Shown: positions 47,114 through 57,354, counted from the stretch's first letter. The stretch: 64,000 nucleotides of DNA from Thermoanaerobaculia bacterium (GCA_044226625.1 JBGAGQ010000033.1:1-64000), one strand, 5' to 3'. Notes: generated from the sequence alone by a model not told the origin. Translations and numbers: made by a program.

Positions 47114-49903
47114 ATGCGCGCCTGGGTCCTCTCCGTCCTTCTCACCGCGGCGACCGCTCTCGCGGCGACGCCACCCCGGCCGTATCTGGTCAGGGACATC
47201 GATCCTTCCGGGGTCGGCATCGGCTCGGAGCCCACGGGGTTCGAACGCCTCGGGTCGCGGGCGATTTTCTTCACCAACACGGGCGAGCTCTGGTCGAGCG
47301 ACGGCGAGCCGGGGGGCACGGTTCGGCTGAGCGGCGAGACGTTCTCGCCCTCGGCGTTGGCGGTCGGAAAGAGCCTCGCCTACGTGCTCGCGGACGATCC
47401 TCACGGCCGGCAGGTCTGGGCGACGGACGGGACCGTCGGGGGCACGCGGCGGCTGACTGTGGAGCCGCTCGGCTTCGACGAGCGTCCGCGGAGGAATTCG
47501 CGGCTGGTCCTGCCGGGTGGCGACCGGATCTTTTGGAGCGCCGAGGGGGCGGAGCACGGCAGCGAGCTTTGGACCAGCGACGGCACGGTGGAGGGGACCC
47601 GAGAAGTCGCCGACCTGGCGCGAGGGAACGCCGGGTCGGAGCCGCACGAGATGACGTACTTTCGCGGCCGGGTCTACTTCGTCGCGGACGACGGCAGCGG
47701 GTTCTCGCTCTGGGCGACCGACGGAACGCTCGACGGCACCCGCTTGATCCGCGATCCCGAGCCGTCGATCCGGCAGACGGATGGGCCGCGCTTGCTCACC
47801 GTGGTCGGAACGCGGCTCTTTTTCTTCGTTCGCAACGCTGACGGCTGGACGCTCTGGCAGAGCGATGGTCGCCCGGGAGGCACGTCGCGCGTGGCGCCGG
47901 TCGGGCGCGGGACCATTTCGCTCGGGGTGAGCGACGCGATCGGTCGGGGTGGCCGCCTCTTCTTTCTGGCCCGGACGGGCGAGAGCCGGCAACTTTGGAC
48001 GTCGGACGGCACCGCGGCCGGGACTCGGCGATTGACTCGCTTTTCCACCGCGTCGAGCACTGCGGAGGAGAGGTTCCCGCCTCAGCCGGAGGGGGGGGAT
48101 CGGTTGCTGTTCGTGGCGACGGACGAGGGGCACGGCCGCGAGCCGTGGACCTCGGAGGGTACGGCGGCCGGAACCAGCCGGCTCCGGGACGTCTGCCCGG
48201 GTCCCTGCGATGGCTGGACCGATGGGAACGATCCGAGCGATGCGTCGGGATCGAGCGATGGCGGGTCGGATCGGGTCTCCGCGTTTCGCGGCCGGGTACT
48301 GTTTCCGGGGACGACGCCCGCGCGCGGCACGGAGCTTTGGAGCACGGACGGCACGTCCGCGGGAACCCGCTTGCTGTTCGACGCCTGCCGCGGCGCTTGT
48401 TCGGGCTCTCCCGATCCGATCGCCGCGGCAGCCGGGAAGCTCTATTTCGGCGCCTTCGGCGGCTCTCGCGATCAGATCTGGCGTACGGACGGCACGTCGG
48501 CGGGCACTTTCCGCGTGTCGGACTTCGAGGTCGCGTCGGGCGCGGGGGCACGGTACGAGGGAGCCGGAGCCGGTACCTTGTTCCTGTTCGGCGGGCAGGA
48601 CGCGGTGATTGGCCGGGAGCTCTGGCGCACCGACGGCTCCCGCCCGGGGACCGAGCTGGTCGCCGATCTCGTGGCGAACCGCCCCGGCAGCTCGTCGCCG
48701 CAGGAGATCCATCGCGCGGGATCGCGCGTGATCTTCCTCGCCGACGGGCACGAGCCGGGCGGGGGAGGGGTGGGGCTCTGGTCGAGCGACGGGTCGGAGG
48801 AGGGCACGGGGCAGATCGTCGAGCCGACCGGACCGGGCTCGCCGTTCCTCCTCTCGAGCGCCTCGGCGGGAGTGCACCTCACCTACTTCTATCGAGTCGA
48901 AGGCGGCGTCTACGGTATTTGGCGTTCGGACGGCACGGTGGCCGGTACGTTCGAGATCACGCCGCCGGGCGTCCGCGTCGAGACCTCCCAAGCGGTCCAG
49001 GTCTTCGGCGACCTGGGCTATTTTACCGCCGAGGATTCCGATCACGGCGAGGAGCTCTGGCGCACCGACGGCACCCCGGAGGGGACCTTTCTCGTCGCCG
49101 ACGTCGATCCCGGGCCGCCCGGCTCGCAGCCGGATCGCTTCGCCTCGTTCGTCGGCCACCTCGTGTTCGAGGCCCGCGTCGCGGGAGATCTCGTCCTCTA
49201 CGTGAGCGACGGCACGGAAGAAGGGACCCGGCCGCTGGCCGAAGCGTTCCCGTTCCTCGATCCGCTTGCTGGCGCTCGCCTGCTCGACGCCGAATCGGAG
49301 GGCGTCGCCCTCTTCCAGAAGAGCGACCCCACGGGCCACGCCGAGATCTGGGCGACCGACGGCACGGAGCCGGGCACCCGACGCCTGCTCGCGGGGCTCA
49401 CGTATTTGAGCGACTTTTCGGCGTCCGATGGGAGCTTCCTGTTCCGCGCCGGTGCCTCGTTCGAGACGCAGGCGATCTATCGGTCGGACGGCACGAGCGC
49501 CGGCACGCGGGCGATCGCGACGGACCTCTTCCTGCGCTCCGACCTCGTGAAGCTGCAAACCGTGGGCGGACGGTACCTGTTCAGCGCGGCACGGCTCGAC
49601 GATCCGTCGCATCCGGCGCTTTACGCCTCCGACGGAACTGCCGAGGGGACGCGCCCGTTGATCGAGACGGAGGCCGCGGTCGACGCGCCGCGAAGCGCCG
49701 CGCCGTTCGGGAATCGGATCCTGATCGCCGGAGGGAGCCGCCTCTGGAGCAGCGACGGCACGCCGGAGGGGACGTCCGTCGTCCTGGAGACCGGTTCCGC
49801 GGCGCGGGCGCCGCTCCCCGTCGTGGCCGGCGGCCGCGCCTTCTTCGCCTGGACCACGCCCGAAACCGGCACGGAGCTCTGGGCGGTGGGATCTCCTCCC
49901 TGA
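47114..49903 (+). CDS. ELWxxDGT-repeat secreted beta-propeller protein
   Basis: Signal peptide and many ELWTSDGT/ELWRTDGT/LWSSDGT repeats; ATG 47114. Confidence 0.92.
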   Translation: MRAWVLSVLLTAATALAATPPRPYLVRDIDPSGVGIGSEPTGFERLGSRAIFFTNTGELWSSDGEPGGTVRLSGETFSPSALAVGKSLAYVLADDPHGRQVWATDGTVGGTRRLTVEPLGFDERPRRNSRLVLPGGDRIFWSAEGAEHGSELWTSDGTVEGTREVADLARGNAGSEPHEMTYFRGRVYFVADDGSGFSLWATDGTLDGTRLIRDPEPSIRQTDGPRLLTVVGTRLFFFVRNADGWTLWQSDGRPGGTSRVAPVGRGTISLGVSDAIGRGGRLFFLARTGESRQLWTSDGTAAGTRRLTRFSTASSTAEERFPPQPEGGDRLLFVATDEGHGREPWTSEGTAAGTSRLRDVCPGPCDGWTDGNDPSDASGSSDGGSDRVSAFRGRVLFPGTTPARGTELWSTDGTSAGTRLLFDACRGACSGSPDPIAAAAGKLYFGAFGGSRDQIWRTDGTSAGTFRVSDFEVASGAGARYEGAGAGTLFLFGGQDAVIGRELWRTDGSRPGTELVADLVANRPGSSSPQEIHRAGSRVIFLADGHEPGGGGVGLWSSDGSEEGTGQIVEPTGPGSPFLLSSASAGVHLTYFYRVEGGVYGIWRSDGTVAGTFEITPPGVRVETSQAVQVFGDLGYFTAEDSDHGEELWRTDGTPEGTFLVADVDPGPPGSQPDRFASFVGHLVFEARVAGDLVLYVSDGTEEGTRPLAEAFPFLDPLAGARLLDAESEGVALFQKSDPTGHAEIWATDGTEPGTRRLLAGLTYLSDFSASDGSFLFRAGASFETQAIYRSDGTSAGTRAIATDLFLRSDLVKLQTVGGRYLFSAARLDDPSHPALYASDGTAEGTRPLIETEAAVDAPRSAAPFGNRILIAGGSRLWSSDGTPEGTSVVLETGSAARAPLPVVAGGRAFFAWTTPETGTELWAVGSPP

Positions 49904-49962
49904 AGGATCGCGGTCGCGCGGAAAACCGGGGCGGCGCGCTCCCGGCGTACAATCCCGCCCGC

Positions 49963-50898
49963 ATGTCGAAGCCGAGCTCCACGGACCGCGCCGCGCTCAC
50001 CGGGCGCTTGGGCATCCTCGCCGCCGCCGCGCTGTTTTCGACCGGCGGCGCCGCGGTGAAGTCCGCTTCGCTCACCGGCTGGCAGGTCGCGAGCTTCCGC
50101 GCGGGCACCGCCGCGATCGCCCTGTTCCTCCTGCTGCCCGAGGCGCGCCGACGGCCGGGACCGCGGACGCTGCTCGTCGCGGTGGCGCACGCGACGACGA
50201 TGATCCTGTTCGTCCTGTCGAACAAGCTCACCACGGCAGCGAGCTCGATCTTCCTCCAGTCGACGGCGCCGCTCTACGTGCTGCTGTTGAGCCCGTGGCT
50301 GCTGCACGAGAAGGTGAAGCGGCGCGACCTCTACTTCGTCGTGCAGATCGCGGTCGGGCTCGGACTGATGTTCGTCGGGCTCGACCCCGCCTCGTCGACC
50401 GCGCCGCGGCCGCTGCTCGGCAACATCCTGGCGCTCGCCGCCGGGCTGTTCTGGGGGCTTTCGGTGATGGGCTTGCGCTCGCTTAGCCGGCCGGACGGCA
50501 ACGGCAGGAACGAGGGCTCGGCCGCGACGGCGACGTTGTGCGCGAACACGTTCGCCTGCCTCGCCTGCCTGCCGTTCGCGTTGCCGGTCGCCTCGGTGAG
50601 CGCGGTCGACCTGTCGGTGATCCTCTACCTCGGAATCTTCCAGATCGGCGTCGCCTACGTCTTCATGACCCGGGCGATCCGGCACGTGCCGGCGTTCGAG
50701 ACGTCGCTCCTTCTGTTCCTCGAACCGGTGCTCAACCCGATCTGGGCCTGGCTCGTCCACCACGAGCGGCCGAGCGTCTGGTCGCTGGTGGGAGGGCTCG
50801 TGATCCTCTCGGCGACGCTGCTGAAGACGTGGCTGGAGGCGAGGGACGGGGCCCGGGAGCCCGCCGCCGTGTTGGCTGGCGAGCCGCATGGCTCGTGA
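49963..50898 (+). CDS. EamA/DMT-family transporter
   Basis: About 10 TM; LFSTGG, LQSTAPLYV, LEPVLNPIW. Confidence 0.9.
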   Translation: MSKPSSTDRAALTGRLGILAAAALFSTGGAAVKSASLTGWQVASFRAGTAAIALFLLLPEARRRPGPRTLLVAVAHATTMILFVLSNKLTTAASSIFLQSTAPLYVLLLSPWLLHEKVKRRDLYFVVQIAVGLGLMFVGLDPASSTAPRPLLGNILALAAGLFWGLSVMGLRSLSRPDGNGRNEGSAATATLCANTFACLACLPFALPVASVSAVDLSVILYLGIFQIGVAYVFMTRAIRHVPAFETSLLLFLEPVLNPIWAWLVHHERPSVWSLVGGLVILSATLLKTWLEARDGAREPAAVLAGEPHGS

Positions 50899-50918
50899 GC
50901 GGCCCGACGTAGAGAGGA

Positions 50919-50940
50919 CGGGCGCCGGGAACGGCGCCCG
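50919..50940. terminator. Hairpin between convergent EamA and precursor peptide 2
   Basis: CGGGCGCCG-ggaa-CGGCGCCCG, followed by a pyrimidine run on the minus strand. Confidence 0.55.
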
Positions 50941-50965
50941 GTCGAGGGGCAAGGAGTTTCGTGGG

Positions 50966-51121
50966 CTAGCGGTCGATACAGGTGGTCTCGGCGTGGAATC
51001 CCGCCGAGGCGCACCATCCGAGCCCTTCGCAGGTGTAGGTGAAGGATCCGCCGGCGATCAGGTCGCGAAGGTTCGTGATCGTCTCCTTGGCGAGCACCAG
51101 CTTCTTCGGCTGCTTCTTCAT
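50966..51121 (-). CDS. Second class I lanthipeptide-like RiPP precursor (51 aa), orphan, not in the ORF track
   Basis: MKKQPKKLVLAKETITNLRDLIAGG-SFTYTCEGLGWCASAGFHAETTCIDR; LxLxKx5L leader, GG, core with 3 Cys and 6 Ser/Thr; RBS AAAGGAG. Confidence 0.78.
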   Translation of the reverse strand: MKKQPKKLVLAKETITNLRDLIAGGSFTYTCEGLGWCASAGFHAETTCIDR

Positions 51122-51233
51122 CCCCGCTCCTTTCGCGCCCCCTGGAGGGCTTCATTGGGTTGTGTGGAGTCTACTTCAGCAGGGAGTTGAGCAGATGCCG
51201 TGCCCTGGGGTTCTGTGCCAAGCTTCGCGCCCG

Positions 51234-52118
51234 ATGAATCCGCGCGCGTCCCGATCGACCACCCCCACGGAGCTGGTGCGCGTCCAGGGAGAACGGTTCG
51301 AGATCTCCGGCGACTCTCTCGCCACGGAGGAGCCGCTGGAGATCCGCTTGCGCTGGGGGACCGACCGGCGGGCGACGGCGGCCGTCACCATGCGCACGCC
51401 GGGGGCGGACGCGGAGCTCGCGCTCGGGTTCCTGTTCGCCGAGGGGGTCATACGCTCGGCGGCGGACGTCGTCGCGGTCGTCGCCGGGGACGGCTCGAGC
51501 CGCTCGGAATCGGAGCCGAACGTCGCCGAGATCTCGCTCGCTGCCGGTCTCGAGCCGGATCTCGCGCCGCTCGAGCGGCATTTCTTCTCGAACAGCTCGT
51601 GCGGTGTCTGCGGCAAGGCGGCGTTCGACGGCCTCGCGCTCCGCGTCGAGCGGGCGGAGGCCGGACCGGTCGTAGCGCGCGACGTGATCGCGACGCTGCC
51701 GGAACGCCTGCGCGCGGCGCAGGGGATCTTCGAGGCGACCGGAGGCCTTCACGCCGCCGCGCTGTTCGACGTCTCGGGGCGTCTTCTCGCGGTGCGGGAG
51801 GACGTCGGGCGGCACAACGCGCTCGACAAGCTGGTGGGCTCCGCCCTCCAGGCGGGAGAGCTACCCTGGCGCGAGCGGATCGTGATGGTCTCCGGCCGAT
51901 CGAGCTTCGAGATCCTTCAGAAATCGCTCGCCGCGGGAGCGCGGATCGTCTGCGCGGTCTCGGCGCCGAGCAGCCTCGCGGTCGAGCTCGCGGAGCGCTT
52001 CGGCGTGACGCTCGTCGGGTTCCTGCGCGGCGACCGCTTCAACGTCTACGCGGGGGCGGAGCGCCTCGGGCTCAAAGCCGGCCGCTCGGCCCGGCTGCCG
52101 ATCGTCGCCGAGGGGTAA
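51234..52118 (+). CDS. fdhD: Formate dehydrogenase accessory sulfurtransferase FdhD
   Basis: EEPLEI, TMRTPG, SSCGVCG, TGGLHAAALF, REDVGRHNALDKLVG, VSAPSSLA. Confidence 0.92.
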   Translation: MNPRASRSTTPTELVRVQGERFEISGDSLATEEPLEIRLRWGTDRRATAAVTMRTPGADAELALGFLFAEGVIRSAADVVAVVAGDGSSRSESEPNVAEISLAAGLEPDLAPLERHFFSNSSCGVCGKAAFDGLALRVERAEAGPVVARDVIATLPERLRAAQGIFEATGGLHAAALFDVSGRLLAVREDVGRHNALDKLVGSALQAGELPWRERIVMVSGRSSFEILQKSLAAGARIVCAVSAPSSLAVELAERFGVTLVGFLRGDRFNVYAGAERLGLKAGRSARLPIVAEG

Positions 52119-52128
52119 GGCGAGACCG

Positions 52129-52734
52129 ATGCATCTCCAGCCGTTCGTCGAAAGCTTCCTGCCGCTGTTCGTCGCCCTCGACGCGCTCGGGGCGCTGCCG
52201 ATCTTTCTCGCCCTCACCGCCTCGTATCCGACGCCCGAGCGGCGGCGGCTCGCGCTCCAGGCGACGGCGACCGCCCTGTTCATCGCGCTGTTGATCCTGT
52301 TCGCCGGTCAGCTCCTGTTCGCGGTGCTGGGCATCACGGTGAACGACCTGCGGGTGGGCGGTGGGCTGGTGCTCCTGGTGCTCGCGATCTCGAGCCTGCT
52401 CTTTCCGGAGAACGCGCACCGGCCGCCGGAGGAGAGCGGTTCGGCGTCGCTCGGCATCGTGCCGCTCGGCATCCCGCTGATCATGGGTCCCGCGGCGATC
52501 ACCTCGGTGCTGATCTCGCGCCAGAGCTTCGGCTATCTGCCGACGCTCTCCTCGCTGGTCCTGAACATGGCCTGGGTCTATCTGGTTTTCGCGTCCGGGC
52601 CGTTCATCCAGCGCTTCGTCGGGCGGTCCGTCTCGGCGGCGGCAGGGAAGGTGTTCAGCCTCTTCCTCGCCGCAATCTCCGTCGCGATGATCCGCGCGGG
52701 CATCCTCGGCATGATCGAGGCGGCGAGGAAATAG
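52129..52734 (+). CDS. MarC-family membrane protein
   Basis: LFVALDALGALPIF, GIVPLGIPLIMGPAAIT. Confidence 0.9.
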   Translation: MHLQPFVESFLPLFVALDALGALPIFLALTASYPTPERRRLALQATATALFIALLILFAGQLLFAVLGITVNDLRVGGGLVLLVLAISSLLFPENAHRPPEESGSASLGIVPLGIPLIMGPAAITSVLISRQSFGYLPTLSSLVLNMAWVYLVFASGPFIQRFVGRSVSAAAGKVFSLFLAAISVAMIRAGILGMIEAARK

Positions 52735-52769
52735 GCCGCGGAAACGGCGCCGGGGGAGACCTTCTCTGG

Positions 52770-53304
52770 CGGCCTTACAGGCCGCGAATACGGTTTGCCC
52801 TACGTGACCCAGGGCATCGGCCTTCGGCCTCAGCCCTGGGCTAGGCTCTCCCGGCCCGTTGGGCCGGCCCTCGTCGGCGAGGGATTCTCTCGGTCCGTGG
52901 CGCGCTCGGAGTGGGTGCCTTTCGACTCCGTCGCCGCCAGAATCCAGCCCTTCACTCTGACGGTCTTACAGGCCGCAAATACGGTTTGCCCTACGTGACC
53001 CCGGGCATCGGCCTTCGGCCTCAGCCCTGGGCTAGGCTCTCCCGGCCCGTTGGGCCGGCCCTCGTCGGCGAGGGAGCTCGATCGCTGGCGATGCTCGGCG
53101 TTTATTCCCTTCAAAGGCGCCTCGGCCTGAAAGGCGGCCAGATTCCAGCCCGGGGCTGAGGCCTAGGCGATGCCCCGGGTGCAGGACCGAGATCGACCCC
53201 GCGGCCTGAAAGGCCGCCAGATCCAGCCCAGGGCTGAGGCCGTAGGCCGATGCCCTGGGGTACGGAACCGAGATTGACCCCGCGGCCTGAAAGGCCGCTA
53301 GATT
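52770..53304. repeat. REP-like cluster (third family): two 115 bp direct repeats followed by about 2.3 inverted ~80 bp units
   Basis: 52770-52884 matches 52961-53075; units starting 53123, 53202 and 53283 (cggcctgaaagg...) match the reverse complement of the core ACCCAGGGCATCGGCCTTCGGCCTCAGCCCTGGGCT. Confidence 0.88.
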
Positions 53305-53336
53305 GGGAGAGCCCGAGATCTGCCTGCGGCTCTCCC

Positions 53337-54224
53337 TTACTTCCCCTTCGCCAACGCCGCCTTGATCACCGCTTCGGGCATGCCGGCGTTCTTCCAGGCG
53401 ACGAGGTCGTCGGCCGAGAGCGAGCGGGAGAGCCCCTTCTGGTCGACGAAGCCGACGAGGAGGTCGGTGTCGAAACCCTTCTTCTTGAGCTTCACCAGCT
53501 CCTCGAGCATCGCCTCGGGCGTGATCACGTCGCCGGCCTTGCGCTCGGAGGAGACGGCCTGGTTCACCGGCGCCGAGGCCGCCATCGGCTCGCTCTTGCC
53601 GAGCCAGGCCTCCTGCAGCTTGGTGTCGGCGAGGGCGGCGGCGAGGGCCTCCTGCGTGGCGTCGGAGAGGACCTCGTTCACGTTGTCCTCGCTGCGGTCG
53701 CGGCCGTAGCGCGTGGCGTCGCCCGCGCCGGTCCCTTCCCAGAGCGTGGCGCCCCGGCGGTCGCGCAGCTGGAAGGTGAACTGCGCCTCGGCGTTGTAGG
53801 TCGAGCCGACCGCCTTGTTGCTCTCGACCACGCGGAAGCGGGTGAGCTTGCCCGCGAGGACGAGCGGCGCGCCCGCGTCGACCCGGATGCCCCAGTCGCC
53901 GGCGTTCTTCGCCAAGACTTCCTTGCTCCATTCGATTGGGTCGTTGGTCGCGCGCACCGGCCAGACGCGGTCGTCGTCGTCCGTGCTCTCGCCGATCACG
54001 GCGAGGTCGGCGACCGTGCGCCCCTCGGCCATCTCGACCTGGATCGGGCGGTCGGAGATGCCGGCCATGAGCGTCGGGGTGTTGGTGCCCACGCTCTCCT
54101 GCGGGGCGTAGCGGAGCTTGACGTTGAACGGGCCGAGCTCCTTGGCCGCGGCCGTTCCGAGCGAGAGGAGCGTCGCGAGCGCGAGCGTCGCGGCGAGCGA
54201 GGGGCGGACGAAGGTGTTCTTCAT
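53337..54224 (-). CDS. Secreted YajG-like protein with a small C-terminal helical domain
   Basis: Signal peptide; alpha/beta domain typical of ABC-auxiliary lipoproteins; tail LSADDLVAWKNAGMPEAVIKA. Confidence 0.6.
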   Translation of the reverse strand: MKNTFVRPSLAATLALATLLSLGTAAAKELGPFNVKLRYAPQESVGTNTPTLMAGISDRPIQVEMAEGRTVADLAVIGESTDDDDRVWPVRATNDPIEWSKEVLAKNAGDWGIRVDAGAPLVLAGKLTRFRVVESNKAVGSTYNAEAQFTFQLRDRRGATLWEGTGAGDATRYGRDRSEDNVNEVLSDATQEALAAALADTKLQEAWLGKSEPMAASAPVNQAVSSERKAGDVITPEAMLEELVKLKKKGFDTDLLVGFVDQKGLSRSLSADDLVAWKNAGMPEAVIKAALAKGK

Positions 54225-54334
54225 GCGAGGTCTCCGCGGCGTCGACGATCGGGATCGGGATCCAAGGTCAGGATCGAGAGTCGGGACCGGCGGGCGCCGT
54301 GTGGTGGTGGGTTCGAGGTTTCGGGACCGCGCGG

Positions 54335-54691
54335 TCAGGACGTGGACGGGGCGCGGGATTTTCGGCGTTTCGGCGTCTCGCCGCCCGCGAGCGGCAGCGG
54401 CGCCTGCTGGGCAGCCTGGGCCAACTGCGGCGCGGGCGCCGGGGGAGCGGGGGGTGACTTGGCGAGGGCGTCGCGCAGATCGCCCAGCTCGGTCTGGAGC
54501 GCCGCGAGCTGGCCGTTCCGCTCGGCGAGGATCTCCTCGACTTGAGCGAGACGCGCCGCGCGCGGCCGGCAGGAGGCGAGCTCTCGGTCGAGCGCCCGGG
54601 TCCGCAGGTTGCGCCAGAGCCATCCGGCGACGAGACCGACGGCGAGGCCGAGCAACGCCGAGACGAACGGATTCGTCCAGGTAAGACTCAA
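54335..54691 (-). CDS. Small membrane-anchored coiled-coil hypothetical protein
   Basis: N-terminal TM (ALLGLAVGLVAGWLW), heptad-like helix, Pro/Ala tail; TTG start with GGAG upstream. Confidence 0.55.
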   Translation of the reverse strand: MSLTWTNPFVSALLGLAVGLVAGWLWRNLRTRALDRELASCRPRAARLAQVEEILAERNGQLAALQTELGDLRDALAKSPPAPPAPAPQLAQAAQQAPLPLAGGETPKRRKSRAPSTS

Positions 54692-54820
54692 AGTCGAGCG
54701 CTCCAGGAAAGGCCCGCCGGGCGGCGGGCCGTCAAGATCATGCGGGAAATCTATCCGCCCCGCCGCGGCGGCGTCTACTCCGGAGGAGCGCGCCGCCCGG
54801 CGGGAGAGGATCCCGGGGAC

Positions 54821-57268
54821 CTACTCCGAGCGGAGCGCGAGCATCGGATCCGCCTTCGCCGCCCGCCGCGCGGGGAGCAGGCAGGCGGCGAAAGCCGCGC
54901 CGAGCAGCAGGAGGGACACCGCCGAGAGCGTCCATCCGTCCGTCGCCGCGACCCCGAACAGCAGGCTCTCGAGGAAGCGCGAGAGGGCGAGCGCCAGCGC
55001 GAGCCCGAGCCCGAGACCCGCGAGGGCGGGGAGCATCCCACGGGCGACGACCCAGCCGACGACCGTCGAGCCCCGCGCTCCGAGGGCGAGGCGCACACCG
55101 ATCTCCCGCATCCGTTCGGCGACCCAGAGCGCGAGCACGCCGTAGACCCCGAGCAGGGAGAGGCAGAGGCCGAGCGCCGCGAACAGGCCGAGCAGCACGA
55201 GCGCGAAGCGGCGCAGCGCGAGCGAGTCGTCGATGCGCCGCGGCATGCTCGCCACGTCGAACGCCGCCTGCGTCGGGTCGAGCGCGAGCACCTCTCGCCG
55301 AACTTCGCCGAGCAGCGCGTCGGGATCGCCGTCGGTGCGCACCGCGAGGCTCAGAAACGCCCCGGGCTGCTGTGCCATCGGGAAGTACATCTGCAACGGC
55401 ACCTTCCGGTCGAGGCCGTATTGACGCACGTCGGCGACGACGCCCACCACGGTTCGCCAGGGGTCCGTTTCGAGGCTCGTCTCGTACATCTTCAGCCGCT
55501 GGCCGATCGGGTTCCGTCCGGGCCAGAGCGTCCGGGCGAGCGTCTCGTTGACCAGCGCGACCCGCGGCGCGTCGGCGCTGTCAGCCGTCGTATAGCGACG
55601 GCCCGCCTTCAAGGGGATGCGCAGCGCTTCGAGGTAGCCCGGCGTCGTGGCGTAGAGGTCGGCCATGACCACGTTCTTCACTTCGAGCGAGACGCCCTCG
55701 GGAAAGATGCCCCGGCCGTCGAAGTTGTCGCTCATCGGCATCACGCTGGTGAAGCCGACGGCGGTCACGCCGGGCAGGGCGCTCAGCCGGTGGTCCAGCC
55801 GATCGGTGAAAGCCTGCCATTGCTCGCTCTTCGGATAGGTCGATTCGGGCAACTCCAGGTTGAGCGTCAGGACCCCGTTCGGATCGAACCCCGGATCGAC
55901 CCGATAGAGGGCGATCACGCTCCGCAGGAGGAGCGCGGCGCCGGCGAGCAGCACGAGCGAGATCGCAAGCTGCGCGGCAACCATCAGTCCGCGCATACGA
56001 TCGCCGCGCGGACCGCCGGGGCCGGCGGACGTCGTCCGCATCCCTTGCGGGAGCCCCGGCCACGAGCCGGCGCGCGAGGAGCGCAGGGCCGGGAAGAGCC
56101 CGACCAGCACGCCCGTGACCAAGGTGAGGAACAGCGCGAACAGGAACACCCGGCCGTCGAGCCGGACCTCGGCAAACGAGGGGAGCCATTCCGTGGCGAA
56201 GCGGCCGATCGCCCGGATGCCCAGCGAGGCGACGAGCAGGCCCGAGGCGCCGCCGGCCACGGCGAGCGCCACCCCTTCGGCGAGATGCTGGGCGATCAGC
56301 CGGCCGCGGCTCGCGCCGAGCGCGGTCTGGATCGCGACCTCGCGCTGCCGCCCGGCGGCGCGCGCGAGCAGCAGGTTCGCCACGTTGACGCACGCGATCG
56401 CGAGCACAAGGCCGACCGCCCCGAACACCGCGAGCAGGGGAGCGCGCAGGCTACCCACCTGATCTTCGGCGAACGGCACCGCGTAGAAGCCGCGGTCGCG
56501 ATTTTCGTTCGGGAACGCCTTCTCGAGCCGGGCCGCGATCGTCCGGACCTCGGCCCGCGCCGCGGCGAGGGGAACGCCCGCCTTGAGGCGCGCGATGGCG
56601 CGCACGTGCCGTCCGTCGCGGGCGGTCTTCTCATACGGCTCGGCGAGCGGCCGATAGAGCTCGGCCGGGCGGCCCACCAGGTTGCGCGGCAGCGAAGAGA
56701 AGTCCGCGGGCATCACGCCGACGACCGTGTAGCCCTGGCCGTTCAGGGTCATCGGCTTGCCGACGATCCCGGGATCGCCGCCGAACCGGCGCTGCCAGAA
56801 GCCGTTGGACAGTACGATCACGCGGTCCCGGCCCACCTCCTGGTCCTCGGGGAGGAACGTGCGGCCGAGGAGCGCCCGGCCGCGCAGCACGTCGAAATAG
56901 CCGTCGGAGACCTGGATGCCCTGGATCCGCTCGGGCTCTCCGGCCCCCAGGAGCACGGGCACCCAGCCCATGTAGGCGGCGACTTCTTCGAGCGTCTGGG
57001 TGTCGCGCCGGAGGTCCGCGATGTCCGGGGAGGACACCTGGTCGCGCGTGCGATCGGTCCCGTTCGTCGCGCCCCATATCAGCAGCAGGCGGTCGGGCTC
57101 TACGAACGGCACCGAGCGAATCAACACCGCATCGAGCACGCTCCAGATCGCCGCGTTCGCGCCGATGCCGAGCGCCAGGCTCGCGGAGGCAAGGATCAGG
57201 AACGCCGGTCGCCGCGCGAGCGATCGCGCGACCCGGCGGAGATCGCGGAGGAAAAGGAAGTTGCCCAT
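54821..57268 (-). CDS. ADOP-type (duplicated MacB/FtsX) ABC permease
   Basis: LALGIGANAAIWS, LAIACVNVANLLLARA, GFDPNGVL, REIGVRLALGA, PARRAAKADPMLALRSE; RBS AAGGAGG. Confidence 0.92.
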   Translation of the reverse strand: MGNFLFLRDLRRVARSLARRPAFLILASASLALGIGANAAIWSVLDAVLIRSVPFVEPDRLLLIWGATNGTDRTRDQVSSPDIADLRRDTQTLEEVAAYMGWVPVLLGAGEPERIQGIQVSDGYFDVLRGRALLGRTFLPEDQEVGRDRVIVLSNGFWQRRFGGDPGIVGKPMTLNGQGYTVVGVMPADFSSLPRNLVGRPAELYRPLAEPYEKTARDGRHVRAIARLKAGVPLAAARAEVRTIAARLEKAFPNENRDRGFYAVPFAEDQVGSLRAPLLAVFGAVGLVLAIACVNVANLLLARAAGRQREVAIQTALGASRGRLIAQHLAEGVALAVAGGASGLLVASLGIRAIGRFATEWLPSFAEVRLDGRVFLFALFLTLVTGVLVGLFPALRSSRAGSWPGLPQGMRTTSAGPGGPRGDRMRGLMVAAQLAISLVLLAGAALLLRSVIALYRVDPGFDPNGVLTLNLELPESTYPKSEQWQAFTDRLDHRLSALPGVTAVGFTSVMPMSDNFDGRGIFPEGVSLEVKNVVMADLYATTPGYLEALRIPLKAGRRYTTADSADAPRVALVNETLARTLWPGRNPIGQRLKMYETSLETDPWRTVVGVVADVRQYGLDRKVPLQMYFPMAQQPGAFLSLAVRTDGDPDALLGEVRREVLALDPTQAAFDVASMPRRIDDSLALRRFALVLLGLFAALGLCLSLLGVYGVLALWVAERMREIGVRLALGARGSTVVGWVVARGMLPALAGLGLGLALALALSRFLESLLFGVAATDGWTLSAVSLLLLGAAFAACLLPARRAAKADPMLALRSE

Positions 57269-57354
57269 CGAACGCCCTCCTTGGAGGCGAAAACGTCTCG
57301 CCGTCGGAAAGGTTACGTTCGAGGGGCAGGAAGGTTCCGCGCCGGGAGGATCGC

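Noticed and set aside
49963-50898. EamA or ADOP transporters as exporters for the neighbouring precursor peptide
   Set aside because: EamA is convergent and belongs to a small-metabolite transporter family, and the ADOP gene is several genes away; no evidence of linkage
54247-54290. Degenerate GATCGG hexamer run between two minus-strand genes
   Set aside because: Short and highly degenerate; indistinguishable from a simple microsatellite
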